Shown: in pieces, positions 63,416-64,000 of the stretch
Position numbering within the stretch: position 1 is the first letter of the stretch
Layout of the letters: each line of letters starts with the position of its first letter
Source: Heptranchias perlo
Taxonomy: Eukaryota
Assembly: GCF_035084215.1 (NCBI RefSeq)
Contig: NC_090346.1
Span: 35,712,001 to 35,776,000, forward strand
Length of the DNA stretch: 64,000 bases
Direction of reading: 5' to 3'
Notes under the pieces: generated by a model
Told to the model about the DNA's origin: nothing
Database searches by the model: none
Seen by the model: the letters and a program-made list of their open reading frames with translations, nothing else
Translations under genes and position numbers: made by a program

Positions 63416-64000
63416 CCTCTTGATGTTGTGTGATACGCTTCTTGTGTGATGCTCTTAATTCTTTATCTCAAATAACTCTCAGCACAGCCACCATCAGTGG
63501 TAAATCTGTAATCACCAGTACTTCATCCAGTGTTCTACAGCTCAAAATGTTCTCTCCACACACAATCGAAGGTTGGAATAACAAAACTACAATTGTATCC
63601 TTCTGTTAGCCACAGTATGACAATGTTACACACCTATCATTTATACTTTGCTCAAATTCCAAGTGATAACACTGTAAAGCGTGCAGAAAAATCCATAGTG
63701 TGACATATACACTTGATTTTATGGTGGTCATTTTCCAAAATGAAAGTTTTCACTTGTTCAACATGTTGAGACTATAGATTGGTTTTTTAAACCCTGCAGA
63801 GTTAGACTTTGGAATTGAATTATACTTTTTTGTTGGTGGATAAGATTTCTTTCGCATTGTCAAGGGGTATCAGTTCAGGCAGTTATTCTCCCAACAGGAG
63901 AAAATTTGAATTATTACATCTCACGCATAGGAACAATCGCTTCCTGTCCTATATATCTGCCTGAGTAACAACACTGTGTGACAGATCAGAGATCTGTGTT

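Overview
This is eukaryotic (vertebrate) genomic DNA, most likely from a shark or other cartilaginous fish, judging by the repeat families: abundant CR1 LINEs, Deu-domain SacSINE1-like SINEs and Neptune-type Penelope elements. Two host genes end tail-to-tail, as in human 16p13. The last coding exon of SNX29 lies on + at 21917-22043 and the last coding exon of CPPED1 on - at 44439-44192. Bases 1-21916 are therefore the last SNX29 intron and 44440-64000 the last CPPED1 intron; no other exons were recognised. Nearly all other ORFs in the track are retrotransposon fragments or chance ORFs. I found no convincing new multi-gene system. The most informative signals concern mobile-element biology: (1) three Penelope-like insertions whose pseudo-LTRs carry minimal hammerhead ribozyme motifs and all end at ACATCATG, two of which also keep a TATA box and an RFX X-box-like motif; (2) one of these is a perfect 80-bp fold-back; (3) a nested 2.1-kb hAT element with TIRs and a TSD sits inside a MITE near the SNX29 last exon; (4) a locally templated 32-nt inversion lies at a CR1 5' junction; (5) a 169-bp inverted duplication and a 375-bp tandem duplication lie in the CPPED1 intron. 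Family names come from recalled consensus features, not database searches, and boundaries of decayed repeats are approximate.
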